Shown here: positions 55,077 to 64,000 of the stretch, piece by piece
Position numbering within the stretch: position 1 is the first letter of the stretch
Layout of the letters: each line of letters begins with the position of its first letter
Position numbers and translations under genes: made by a program
The notes under the pieces: generated by a model
Seen by the model: only the letters and a program-made list of their open reading frames with translations
Database searches by the model: none
Told to the model about the DNA's origin: nothing
Assembly (NCBI GenBank): GCA_038257425.1
Contig: JBBSJI010000002.1
Location: forward strand, 9,940-73,939
DNA: 64,000 nt
DNA from: Chitinophagales bacterium
Lineage (GTDB): Bacteria > Bacteroidota > Bacteroidia > Chitinophagales > Chitinophagaceae
Direction of reading: 5' to 3'

Positions 55077-57449
55077 TTATTTCTTCCTCACAAAATCCCT
55101 TAAATAACTGCAGGTGCTGAAAGCCTCTTTATAAAAAGCTGTGTTGCCATATTCTTTTACAAACTGCGGAAAATATTTATTCTGCTTGAATTTTATAAAG
55201 TACAGATCTTCATCAGTACTCATCTTATCATAGTTGCTTGTATAATCTTCATATTGCGGCCTGTGTAATTGCTTCTGTGCACATTTAGCCATCATGAACA
55301 GACAACGGGCTTTAAAATTCTTATCGGTGCTTGCTTTCATTGCTTTTTCAAAATAGTTGTGTGCTTTAAAAACACCATAGTATTCTTTTTGAAAACCAGT
55401 TGCATTCTTCGGTATATAATAACCATCGCTGCCGCTACGGTCATAATGTACCAGTTCCCAGGTATGTCCGTAATAACTCGTATTGTACATGCCGAGCGCC
55501 AGTTTATAATAACTATTTGCAGCCAGTGCCGGTTGTTTTGCCTGTTGCTCAAGCTTCAGCATTTGTTGTGCAAAAGCAAGTTTGCTTATAGTGAATTTTT
55601 TATCTGAAGCAAACTGTTCTTCACGGTCGTATAAAATATCTACGAACGGATTTTTATTGATCCCTTCTTTGTCGGCTGATCTTTTAAACCAGGCTATGGC
55701 TTTGCTGTAATTATTCTCTCTTAAATAAGAAGTTCCGGCAAAATCTATCACTTCTTTTTTTGTAACCGAGTTATGACTGAATAGATAGCTTTCGAATTTA
55801 TTCGGTTGTTTACCGTTCTGCAAGGCATAAAGTTTTTCAACATCTTTACTCATCAGGTTATTTCTTAAAAAAGACAATCCATTATAATGACTGCTCATGA
55901 TCCAGTCTGCAGCACCAATGGATAAGGTTTCTTTTGCCAGGTCTCCCTGCTCATGGTAGCGCTTTGCTATGATCTCACTCATGAGGTTTCGGTAAATATT
56001 TCGCCATTGCTGTACCTGCCAATAGTCTACTTCCACGGGCTTCTCATTTTTCACCCTTTCTTCCAGCCATTTTATGGATGGTAATAATTGCTCTTCAAAT
56101 GCAGCATCAATTTTATCCTGCTCATTAATGGTTATCAGTAAATTGGTGAGGGCCCATTGATCTTTTACTTTTTGGGTAAGCTGCATTTTATTGGCAGTTG
56201 CCAGGTATTTTTTTGCAACAGCATAATCCTTGATCATGTAAGAGGCATAGGCTGCCGAGGTTTCAAGCAGCCCTGCATTTTTTACTGCAGGCGATTGAGC
56301 AGCTTCGTGTAAAAAAGAAGCCAATGCCTGTACTTCTTTTCGGGCATCGGTAATAATGCTGTCTGAATCAGCATCCGTCCAGGTAAAATAAAAAGCCTTG
56401 CCGCCTTGTACATTTTGTAATACAGGGGTAAGGTATTTTTCTTCCAGTTTGTTTATCTCCCTTACTACCAGTGCTTCAAGTTGTTCGCTGGAAGGATGAA
56501 GCCTGAAGATATCTTTGAGGTTACCCAGGTCATTGTTTGTGCTGCCTAATGTAAACAGGGCAATGATGTCAGCTTTTTCTTTATCATTCTTACCCATAGC
56601 AATGTATTCAGCTTTACCAGCTTCTGAATTTACGCTCCATTTAAAGCCCAGGTAATTAGATATTTTTTTTGCATTGGTAGCTGCAAAAACTTTACTGAAT
56701 AAATAAGCTGCTTCTTTTTGCTGGCCGCTGCGGAATAAGGCGCCAGCCTTTAAAGCCAGGCTCAATGGTTGCAATACGCTGTTGCTTGTAGTTTTAGTAA
56801 CATATTCATCATACCAGTTTATAGCATCGGCATATCTAACGCTGTAATGCGCAAGCCTGATAAACTGGTAAGCATATTTTAATTTGAAGATATCTTTTTT
56901 TGCAGCTGCGTATAATTGTTGACCGCTTTTGATAAGCTTAACCATTTTAAGGCTGTCTCTTTCTGCTGGTTGCCAATCAATCTCTCCGCCAATAACATAA
57001 GGCTCTACCTGTTTTGCATACAGAATATATCCAAGCGCTTCTATATCTTTTGTGCGGATAAAATAATCCGTCATGCTGTTTTGTTTTACCGAGTCGGGTA
57101 TTTTTAGGGGTTGATTTTTTTCAATGTGGTAGTATAGATTATTGAGGTCTTTCAATGAAAATTTGTTTACCAGTTTTTTTGCATCAGCATTTTTTACAGG
57201 AACTCCGCAATAAGCTGCCCATTCCCCGGCAAGTATATCAGGCACTGATGCAGGCTCATTTGAATCGTATAAAAAATTATAGCCCGTATAATAAAAAGGG
57301 CGGTAGCCATTTGCTTCCGGCAGGTTTTGATGAAAGAAGGAGGTGTAATAATCATAAGGGTCGGCTTCGGGTCCGCATCCAATAATGTTTTGCGGAAAAG
57401 AAACAATGGCCATGCTAATACAGGCTGTTATAAATGCTTTCCAGTTCAT
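55077..57449 (-). CDS. large hypothetical lipoprotein, helical-repeat (TPR-like) rich
   Basis: 790 aa with a lipoprotein-type signal (...NIIGCG) and many Y/A-rich helical repeats. No family recognised. Confidence 0.75.
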   Translation of the reverse strand: MNWKAFITACISMAIVSFPQNIIGCGPEADPYDYYTSFFHQNLPEANGYRPFYYTGYNFLYDSNEPASVPDILAGEWAAYCGVPVKNADAKKLVNKFSLKDLNNLYYHIEKNQPLKIPDSVKQNSMTDYFIRTKDIEALGYILYAKQVEPYVIGGEIDWQPAERDSLKMVKLIKSGQQLYAAAKKDIFKLKYAYQFIRLAHYSVRYADAINWYDEYVTKTTSNSVLQPLSLALKAGALFRSGQQKEAAYLFSKVFAATNAKKISNYLGFKWSVNSEAGKAEYIAMGKNDKEKADIIALFTLGSTNNDLGNLKDIFRLHPSSEQLEALVVREINKLEEKYLTPVLQNVQGGKAFYFTWTDADSDSIITDARKEVQALASFLHEAAQSPAVKNAGLLETSAAYASYMIKDYAVAKKYLATANKMQLTQKVKDQWALTNLLITINEQDKIDAAFEEQLLPSIKWLEERVKNEKPVEVDYWQVQQWRNIYRNLMSEIIAKRYHEQGDLAKETLSIGAADWIMSSHYNGLSFLRNNLMSKDVEKLYALQNGKQPNKFESYLFSHNSVTKKEVIDFAGTSYLRENNYSKAIAWFKRSADKEGINKNPFVDILYDREEQFASDKKFTISKLAFAQQMLKLEQQAKQPALAANSYYKLALGMYNTSYYGHTWELVHYDRSGSDGYYIPKNATGFQKEYYGVFKAHNYFEKAMKASTDKNFKARCLFMMAKCAQKQLHRPQYEDYTSNYDKMSTDEDLYFIKFKQNKYFPQFVKEYGNTAFYKEAFSTCSYLRDFVRKK

Positions 57450-58494
57450 GCGTTGGGTATTTGCTTAAAATTAGGGAATCAAGATGGTAGAGTGATACCC
57501 GTAGCCGGGTATTTTTTATGTGCCTGCCGATCTCATGGGCGGCAGCCAGTATTTCTTTTATATCGCTTTGCTCATCCCGTAGTATATCTCCCTTTTTTAA
57601 AGCATGCCCCTCCAATAAAGTATCCTTTAAAATTTCATAACGGTTCCCTGTTCTCTTTGAAAATGAATTTTGGAATACAGCCTGGGGTAAATTTTGTATT
57701 AAACCGGTGTATATATTATTACGGTATAAAACCTTCCAGTTGAATAATGGCAGGGCAATATCCAGGGGCAAAGGATAGCTGGAAAGGTTGCCAATATATT
57801 TTTTTAACTCTGTCGTTTGTAAAATGGAATTTTTTGTGGCAGGGTCTTTTAAATTACCCATATTATAACACATTAGTAACCCCCTGTCAACAGGCGGTAT
57901 GCCGGTCTTGTTAATAAATTTTATTTGATGCAGGCGTATGGTAGCTGATAAAGGGGTTTTGACAAACCTTTTTTTAAACTGTTTTATTAAATCAAAATAT
58001 TTTTCTTTAGTTGAAGCTGTCCAGTCACAGTCAAATTGTATTTCTAAAATATCGTTAAATGCATTTCCTGAGATAAGTTTAAAAGTAAGGTCTGCAATAT
58101 TATTGCCAAGCACTGCAATTTGTGAAGTATCAATTTTACTGATGCATTCGTTGGTGATAAATATCACGGGAATGATATTGCATTTAAAATTATTGGTGCC
58201 CGCTGATCTTAAAGATGCTATAGAAGTTTCATTAACAGTAAGCTTCGCCACAGGCACGGGGCCTTTGGCAGACTCATTCCAATCCACATCAAAGAATTTA
58301 AGGTAGATCGTTTTTACCTTGAGGGAATCCAGCCTTTGCTTTTCAAAATCGGTTAGGCTTAAAACTGATTTCCAGTAATAGAACGAGCGTTCGATCTGCC
58401 TGTCTTCCCTTTTTTCATTGCATGAGGATAGGCAAATGGGGAGAAATACTATAGCAACATAGAGAATAAAATGACCAGGGTTTAATAAAAACAT
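57415..58494 (-). CDS. hypothetical lipoprotein
   Basis: 359 aa with a lipoprotein signal (LPICLSSC). Its 3' end overlaps the next gene by 35 nt. Confidence 0.75.
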   Translation of the reverse strand: MFLLNPGHFILYVAIVFLPICLSSCNEKREDRQIERSFYYWKSVLSLTDFEKQRLDSLKVKTIYLKFFDVDWNESAKGPVPVAKLTVNETSIASLRSAGTNNFKCNIIPVIFITNECISKIDTSQIAVLGNNIADLTFKLISGNAFNDILEIQFDCDWTASTKEKYFDLIKQFKKRFVKTPLSATIRLHQIKFINKTGIPPVDRGLLMCYNMGNLKDPATKNSILQTTELKKYIGNLSSYPLPLDIALPLFNWKVLYRNNIYTGLIQNLPQAVFQNSFSKRTGNRYEILKDTLLEGHALKKGDILRDEQSDIKEILAAAHEIGRHIKNTRLRVSLYHLDSLILSKYPTHELESIYNSLY

Positions 58495-58547
58495 TAGTTC
58501 AAAAATAGGATAAAAAATAACTGATGTCTAGTGCTTATATTTGCCGC

Positions 58548-59030
58548 ATGACATCTTCATTTTTTACCTACGATAAGAAAAAAGTAATACAGGCATTGCG
58601 GTATCATTTTATAACCCGTCGGGAGATCAAGATAATGATGATACTGGTGAATGTATTTGCTATTTTGTCTGCCGGGCTGTTCTTTTTTAAGAAGATATCA
58701 CCTTTTGCATTTTTAATAAGCTCGCTTTTATGGTTTGCCCTAATGGTCCTGTTCTGGTTTGTGATGCCTTATATGGTGTACCGGAAAGCAGAAACATTTA
58801 AAGACCGTTTTAAAGCAATATTGGGAGAAGATGTTTTCCGTATAGAGAATGAAAGAGGTGGCAGAAGCTGGAACTGGAGCGACTTCAGCACCTGGATTGA
58901 AAGCCCACATTTTTATCACCTGTATTTTAACAGCCGCTCATTTTTTATTGTACCCAAAGATGCGTTTGAAGGGGATGATGTGCATGAGGCAAGGAAGATA
59001 TTGAGGGCGAAGATCCATAAAAAGTCGTGA
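58548..59030 (+). CDS. YcxB-like membrane protein
   Basis: Two TM helices followed by a PH-like C-terminal region ending ...FFIVPKDAF. Family assignment is tentative. I chose the start at 58548. Confidence 0.6.
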   Translation: MTSSFFTYDKKKVIQALRYHFITRREIKIMMILVNVFAILSAGLFFFKKISPFAFLISSLLWFALMVLFWFVMPYMVYRKAETFKDRFKAILGEDVFRIENERGGRSWNWSDFSTWIESPHFYHLYFNSRSFFIVPKDAFEGDDVHEARKILRAKIHKKS

Positions 59031-59138
59031 GTCTTGAGTCGTAAGTTGGGAGATGAGAACATCAAGGGTCTTGAAGCTTTGTGGAGTTAAAGCAGCATTA
59101 AATCAAAGGGGCCTACTCCGAGCTCCCGACTCTCAACT
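59028..59138. repeat. tandem-arm hairpin Z (GAGTCnn-repeat arms, imperfect)
   Basis: The left arm TGAGTCTTGAGTCGTAAGTTGGGAG opposes the right arm CTCCGAGCTCCCGACTCTCAACT. Exactly spans the gap between the two convergent stop codons. Confidence 0.5.
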
Positions 59139-59565
59139 ATAATTTCTTCTCCATTATAAAATGCGGAATAGTTACTTCGGTAAATTTATCACCAACTACT
59201 TTATAGCCGAGTTTTTCGTAGAAGCCTACTGCAGTTTCCCTGGCATGCATGATCAGCTTTTTGTATCCTTTGTCCCTCGATATCAGCTCAGCAAAATTCA
59301 TCATACTGGCACCAATACCTTTGCCCTGTAAATTATTCTGAACCGCCATTTGCCTTAACCTTAAGCTGTTATTTCCCGTTTTGGTAAGCATACAGCAGGC
59401 CAGCATTTCATCCTCGTCAAAAGCACCTATTAAAATATCCTCTTTTTCTTTTTCCAATTCATCAGGACTAAACTTCAGCCCAAGAGGCTGGCGTAATATC
59501 TCATTCCTCAGCTTTACCATCTGCTGGTATTCTTTAGTGCCGTGGTCTATTTGTTTTAAGGCCAT
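59137..59565 (-). CDS. GNAT-family N-acetyltransferase
   Basis: 142 aa with the acetyl-CoA binding motif QGKGIGASMM. Confidence 0.85.
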   Translation of the reverse strand: MALKQIDHGTKEYQQMVKLRNEILRQPLGLKFSPDELEKEKEDILIGAFDEDEMLACCMLTKTGNNSLRLRQMAVQNNLQGKGIGASMMNFAELISRDKGYKKLIMHARETAVGFYEKLGYKVVGDKFTEVTIPHFIMEKKL

Positions 59566-59802
59566 AACAGAATCATTGTTTTTGTGATAAAGGTTGGGGT
59601 TTTATTTAGAGACGGGTTAACAATATACAATTTTTTTGCTATTATGGCATCTATGATAAAAAACAGGTATAGGTTTCATTGTACATATTTAATCAATAAA
59701 TAAGTTACAGCAAAAAGTAACTTAATAGCATAGTAACTATTATTCAGTTTCTAAAGAATTTATCAAACAATATCTATTTCTTTGTAATTACCTCAAAATG
59801 TA

Positions 59803-59810
59803 TATTTTTG
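59803..59810 (+). promoter_or_regulatory. candidate -7 box (TATTTTTG) for acpP
   Basis: TAnnTTTG match 29 nt upstream of the acpP ATG, with a TTG about 20 nt further upstream. Confidence 0.35.
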
Positions 59811-59838
59811 CAACCAATACAAACTAAATTTAATTATC

Positions 59839-60075
59839 ATGTCAGACATTGCAACAAGAGTAAAGAAAATAATTGTTGACAAATTAGGAGTAGATGAAGC
59901 AGAGGTTACGCCGGAAGCTTCTTTTACCAATGATTTAGGTGCCGATAGCTTGGACACCGTAGAACTAATTATGGAATTTGAAAAAGAATTTAATATTTCT
60001 ATTCCGGATGAGCAGGCTGAGACCATTACTACTGTAGGTCAGGCCAATGCTTACTTAGAAGAGCATGCTAAGTAA
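59839..60075 (+). CDS. acpP: acyl carrier protein
   Basis: 78 aa with the phosphopantetheine site [11 protein letters not shown]. Confidence 0.97.
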   Translation: MSDIATRVKKIIVDKLGVDEAEVTPEASFTNDLGADSLDTVELIMEFEKEFNISIPDEQAETITTVGQANAYLEEHAK

Positions 60076-60102
60076 TTAATTTAATTATCACAGGCAAATT
60101 TT

Positions 60103-61356
60103 ATGGAATTAAAACGGGTTGTAGTTACCGGATTGGGAGCACTAACTCCATTGGGCAAAACTGTTGAGGATTATTGGCAGGGTTTGGCTGAAGGTGTTAG
60201 TGGTTGTGATTTTATCAAACAATTCGATTGCAGTAAGTTTAAGACCAGGTTTGCCTGTGAGGTTAAAAATTTTGAACCCACCGATTACCTCGACCGGAAA
60301 GAAGCCCGGAAAATTGACCGCTTTACCCAATTTGCTTTAATTGCCAGCGATGAAGCGATCAAAGATGCAGGCATCAGCAAAGAAAATGTTGATGTTGACA
60401 GGGTGGGCGTGATCTTTGCCAGCGGCATTGGCGGCATCACTACTTTTTATGAAGAAGTATGCAACTATGCTTTAGGCGACGGTACTCCACGTTACAATCC
60501 CTTCTTTATTCCTAAAATGATATTGGATATTGCTGCAGGGCAGATATCTATGCGTCATGGTTTCAGGGGACCTAACTATGCAGTTGTAAGCGCCTGCGCC
60601 AGCAGTACCAATGCAGTTATTGATGCATTTGATACCATCAGGTTGAATAAGGCCGATATTATTGTTAGCGGTGGCAGCGAAGCGGTTATCAGCTCACCGG
60701 GTGTTGGTGGTTTTAATGCCATGAAAGCCCTGAGTGAAAGAAATGATGATCCTGCAACTGCAAGCCGCCCTTTTGATAAAGACCGCGACGGTTTTGTTAT
60801 GGGAGAAGGTGCCGGTGTATTAATTCTTGAAAGCCTCGAGCATGCCCTTGCAAGAGGTGCAAAGATCTATTGCGAAATTGCCGGTGGTGGTGCCACAGCC
60901 GATGCACACCATATTACAGCTCCGCATCCCGAAGGTTTGGGTGCCCAGAATGTGATGAATGTAGCATTAAAAGATGCAGGCATGAAGCCTGAAGATATTG
61001 ATTATATCAATGTACATGGTACTTCAACCCCGCTTGGCGATTTGGCCGAAACAAAAGCCATATTGAACGTATTTGGTGATCATGCTTATAATCTGAATAT
61101 CAGTTCTACCAAAAGTATGACAGGGCATTGCCTGGGTGCTGCAGGTGTGCTGGAAGCACTGGCCTGTATCATGGCGATTGTAAAAGACATTATTCCTCCA
61201 ACCATCAATCACTTCACTGATGATCCTATGCTGGATCCAAAGCTTAATTTTACTTTCAACAAAGCACAGCACCGTACCGTAAATGCAGCCCTCAGCAATA
61301 CCTTTGGTTTTGGCGGGCACAATGCCAGTGTTATTGTAAAAAAATATGTTGCTTAA
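60103..61356 (+). CDS. fabF: beta-ketoacyl-ACP synthase II
   Basis: 417 aa with active-site Cys (VVSACASS) and His-His contexts (ADAHHITAP, NVHGTSTP). Confidence 0.96.
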   Translation: MELKRVVVTGLGALTPLGKTVEDYWQGLAEGVSGCDFIKQFDCSKFKTRFACEVKNFEPTDYLDRKEARKIDRFTQFALIASDEAIKDAGISKENVDVDRVGVIFASGIGGITTFYEEVCNYALGDGTPRYNPFFIPKMILDIAAGQISMRHGFRGPNYAVVSACASSTNAVIDAFDTIRLNKADIIVSGGSEAVISSPGVGGFNAMKALSERNDDPATASRPFDKDRDGFVMGEGAGVLILESLEHALARGAKIYCEIAGGGATADAHHITAPHPEGLGAQNVMNVALKDAGMKPEDIDYINVHGTSTPLGDLAETKAILNVFGDHAYNLNISSTKSMTGHCLGAAGVLEALACIMAIVKDIIPPTINHFTDDPMLDPKLNFTFNKAQHRTVNAALSNTFGFGGHNASVIVKKYVA

Positions 61357-61428
61357 TCGTTATTATTTATCCCTTCCTTTTGTTTTAAGCCTTTACCTCA
61401 GTAGTTATAAATATTATATCTTTCAAGT

Positions 61429-63057
61429 ATGAAAAAATATTTGTTTACTATTTGTCTACTTACAACAATACATGCATTTGCACAGGATGTAAAGATTTCT
61501 AAAGCGATAAAACAGGCCATGGGCCGCATAGATACCAATACGATCCGTTCTCATATTGCATTTCTGGCAGATGACAAACTGAAAGGCCGTTACCCGGGAA
61601 CCGAAGGATTTCAGACTGCTGTTGATTATGTGATTGACCAGTATAAAAAAATTGGTTTGCAACCCGGAGGAGATAATAATGGATTTACGCAAAAGCTCGT
61701 TATCCGAAAATCGTTGGTGAATAACCCCTCCTCGGTTGCCATATTAAAAGATAAAAATGGCAATACCGATTCGCTGGGTTTTGTGAGGGATTTTGCACCG
61801 GTAGCTCATCCATTAATTGAAAATATAAATACCGAAGGACAATTGGTTTTTGCAGGTTATGGAGTTGAAATTCCGGGTGGTTATTCAGATTATAATGGTA
61901 TTGATGTAAAAGGGAAAATTGTTGTTGTTATCAATGGGGCACCACCAGGGTTGATGTCAACCTTAACTGCACATTTTTCAAATGCAGGAAATAAAATGAA
62001 TACGGCATTCACAAAAGGTGAAATTGGTGTTATAACAGTTAATACAACATTGAGACCCGGAACAAACCTAAATCCAACAATACAATCAAATACAACATTA
62101 AATCCTAAAAAAACAACAGCTTATGGTCTTGGGTTTACAGGAAATTTGAAGGCTGTTTTAAATGGTACAACCTATTTTCTTAAAAAGATTTTTTTAAACT
62201 CCGGCAAAAATATGGAGCAGGTGCTGGCTGATTTAAAAAAAGGTAAACCCTCATCGTTTGATCTGCCATTCAGTATTGCGGTTTCATACCAAACAATACA
62301 TATCGATTTTGAAAGTTATAATATTGTTGGTCTTATTTCCGGCAATGATAAGGTTTTAAAAAACGAATATATTGTTCATTCGGCCCATCTTGATCATTTG
62401 GGAATTGGAAGGGTTGTAAACGGAGATTCAATTTATAATGGTGCACATGATAATGCTTCGGGTGTTGCTTCATTGCTGGAGATAGCCAGGATTTACAAGA
62501 ACTCCGGGGCAAAGCCTAAGCGTTCTGTATTGATTGTAATGGTTACCGGTGAAGAAATGGGGCTGATAGGGTCATCATATTTTGCAGCTAATCCAACTGT
62601 GCCAAAAGCATCAATAGTTGCTGATGTAAATACAGATATGCCAACAGTGATTTCTCCGCTTCTTTCAATAGTTCCACTCGGCGCAGAACATTCAAGTATT
62701 ATGAACAATGTAAAGTTTGCAGCAGGATATCTTGGTTTGGAAGTTGAAAAAGATCCTGAACCTGACGAAAACCGTTTTGTACGCAGCGACCAGTACAGTT
62801 TTGTAAAGAATGGGATCCCGGCGCTGCATATAAAATATGGTACAAAAACCAATGTGCCCGGTTTTAATCTCATCGATTTTGTAAAACAATGGAGAGCAAA
62901 ATATTATCACCAGGCGGCCGATGGCATGGATGGTATATTTAATTTTGCTGCTGCAAAAACCTATGTTCAACTAAATTTTCTTATCAGTTATTCAATAGCA
63001 CAAACTTTGGAGCGGCCTAAGTGGAATAATGGCGACCTGTTCGGAACGATCAAATAA
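61429..63057 (+). CDS. M28-family aminopeptidase with PA domain
   Basis: 542 aa with a signal peptide and zinc-ligand contexts (HSAHLDHLG, GAHDNASG, TGEEMGLIGS). Confidence 0.85.
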   Translation: MKKYLFTICLLTTIHAFAQDVKISKAIKQAMGRIDTNTIRSHIAFLADDKLKGRYPGTEGFQTAVDYVIDQYKKIGLQPGGDNNGFTQKLVIRKSLVNNPSSVAILKDKNGNTDSLGFVRDFAPVAHPLIENINTEGQLVFAGYGVEIPGGYSDYNGIDVKGKIVVVINGAPPGLMSTLTAHFSNAGNKMNTAFTKGEIGVITVNTTLRPGTNLNPTIQSNTTLNPKKTTAYGLGFTGNLKAVLNGTTYFLKKIFLNSGKNMEQVLADLKKGKPSSFDLPFSIAVSYQTIHIDFESYNIVGLISGNDKVLKNEYIVHSAHLDHLGIGRVVNGDSIYNGAHDNASGVASLLEIARIYKNSGAKPKRSVLIVMVTGEEMGLIGSSYFAANPTVPKASIVADVNTDMPTVISPLLSIVPLGAEHSSIMNNVKFAAGYLGLEVEKDPEPDENRFVRSDQYSFVKNGIPALHIKYGTKTNVPGFNLIDFVKQWRAKYYHQAADGMDGIFNFAAAKTYVQLNFLISYSIAQTLERPKWNNGDLFGTIK

Positions 63058-63150
63058 CAAAAATTCAGCAGGAATAATTTTTCGCCGGGCAGATTGTTTC
63101 TTTTATTTTGACATCAAATAAGATTAATTTCACGCAAACATTTATCCGTC

Positions 63151-63861
63151 TTGCAATTCATTAAAGATTTTTTTAAGAGTCAGAACAATAACCGGGAGTT
63201 TAAAAAACAACTGAGTAATGTGCTGGGTTTTACCCCCGGAGAAATTACGCTCTATAAAACTGCACTGAGCCATCGCAGTGTAAGGGAAGGTGCTGATGAA
63301 AATAATGAAAGGCTTGAATTTTTAGGAGATGCGGTTTTAAGTTCTGTAGTTGCACATTATCTTTTCAGGAAATATCCTTACAAAGGCGAAGGTTTTTTAA
63401 CAGAGATGAGGAGCAAAATGGTAAACCGCCAGAAGCTGAATGATATAGCTTTAAAGATGGGACTTAAGAAAATTACTTTTTATAATAAATATGATAATGC
63501 TTTAAAGATCTCCCAGATCTTTGGGAATACACTGGAAGCATTGATCGGCGCCGTTTACCTGGATAAAGGTTATGCAGGTACACACAGGTGGGTTGAGCGG
63601 TACATCATTATGCCACATATGTTTATGGATGACCTGGAAGATGTGGAAATTAATATTAAGAACAGGCTATATGGCTGGGCCAATAAGAACGGTAAAGCAT
63701 TAGAGTTTGAAACCCTTGATGAAAAATTTGAGAATGGCCGCAGACTGTTTACCATCGGCGCAACTGTAGATGGAGAGCTGATTGCAGAGGCAAAAGGATA
63801 CAATAAAAAAGATGCCAGCCAGATAGCTGCACAACTGGCGGTGGATAAATTAGGGTTATAG
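63151..63861 (+). CDS. rnc: ribonuclease III
   Basis: RNase III signature ERLEFLGDAVL and a C-terminal dsRBD. Apparent TTG start. Confidence 0.92.
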   Translation: MQFIKDFFKSQNNNREFKKQLSNVLGFTPGEITLYKTALSHRSVREGADENNERLEFLGDAVLSSVVAHYLFRKYPYKGEGFLTEMRSKMVNRQKLNDIALKMGLKKITFYNKYDNALKISQIFGNTLEALIGAVYLDKGYAGTHRWVERYIIMPHMFMDDLEDVEINIKNRLYGWANKNGKALEFETLDEKFENGRRLFTIGATVDGELIAEAKGYNKKDASQIAAQLAVDKLGL

Positions 63862-63866
63862 AAACT

Positions 63867-63980
63867 GTTTCTCGTTTCTTGTTACCCGTTCATTTGATTT
63901 CCGGATTTTTGAGTTAACAAATACAGTTTTTAATTTAATGCAACGAGAAACGAATAACGATTAACAAGAAACAAGAAACC
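63867..63980. repeat. tandem-arm long hairpin X3 (AACAAGA-repeat variant of X1/X2)
   Basis: The left arm GTTTCTCGTTTCTTGTTA pairs with the right arm TAACAAGAAACAAGAAAC at 17 of 18 bp. Starts 5 nt after the rnc stop and ends 1 nt before the next ATG (63982). Confidence 0.75.
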
Positions 63981-64000
63981 ATGCATTTTGGAATTTTAGG

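Noticed and set aside
63982-64000. ATG at 63982 (MHFGIL...) as the start of the next gene.
   Set aside because: Only 19 nt are visible, so this is not enough to support a CDS call.

Overview
This is a 64-kb chromosomal segment from an AT-rich Bacteroidota genome. The phylum assignment is an inference from a T9SS C-terminal sorting domain, several TonB-dependent receptors, an 11-subunit nuo operon and TAnnTTTG-type -7 boxes. An order-level guess of Chitinophagales-like is weaker. Gene content is mostly housekeeping: ileS, gyrB, mfd, glyQS, dtd, nrdJ, acpP-fabF and rnc. It also includes a heme/iron uptake cluster, a 1759-aa secreted S8 protease, an FNR-like gene followed by nuoABCDHIJKLMN (no nuoEFG), ppdK, and a GltD-like/PFOR/PyrD-like operon. 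I found no rRNA, tRNA, CRISPR array, transposase or phage genes. The most unusual signal is a set of small palindromic repeat families. (1) A GC-rich hairpin unit of about 25-45 nt occurs about 19 times, and repeatedly as inverted pairs. These occupy nearly every intercistronic junction of the nuo operon. They are also read in-frame inside ileS (4 units), the N-termini of nuoB, nuoD and nuoI, the C-terminal tail of nuoJ, and an internal loop of nuoL. This resembles the in-frame Rickettsia palindromic elements. (2) Long hairpins have arms built from tandem 7-8-mers, in five copies; two copies share identical arms and one is a variant with changes in both arms that keep them complementary. (3) A GTCAnCCTGAG...TTCGACAAGCTCA-type inverted repeat. 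A GxxExxY (PD-(D/E)xK-like) gene flanked by 26-nt inverted repeats sits as a cassette between dtd and a mazG-like gene. All functional interpretations are inference from sequence only.
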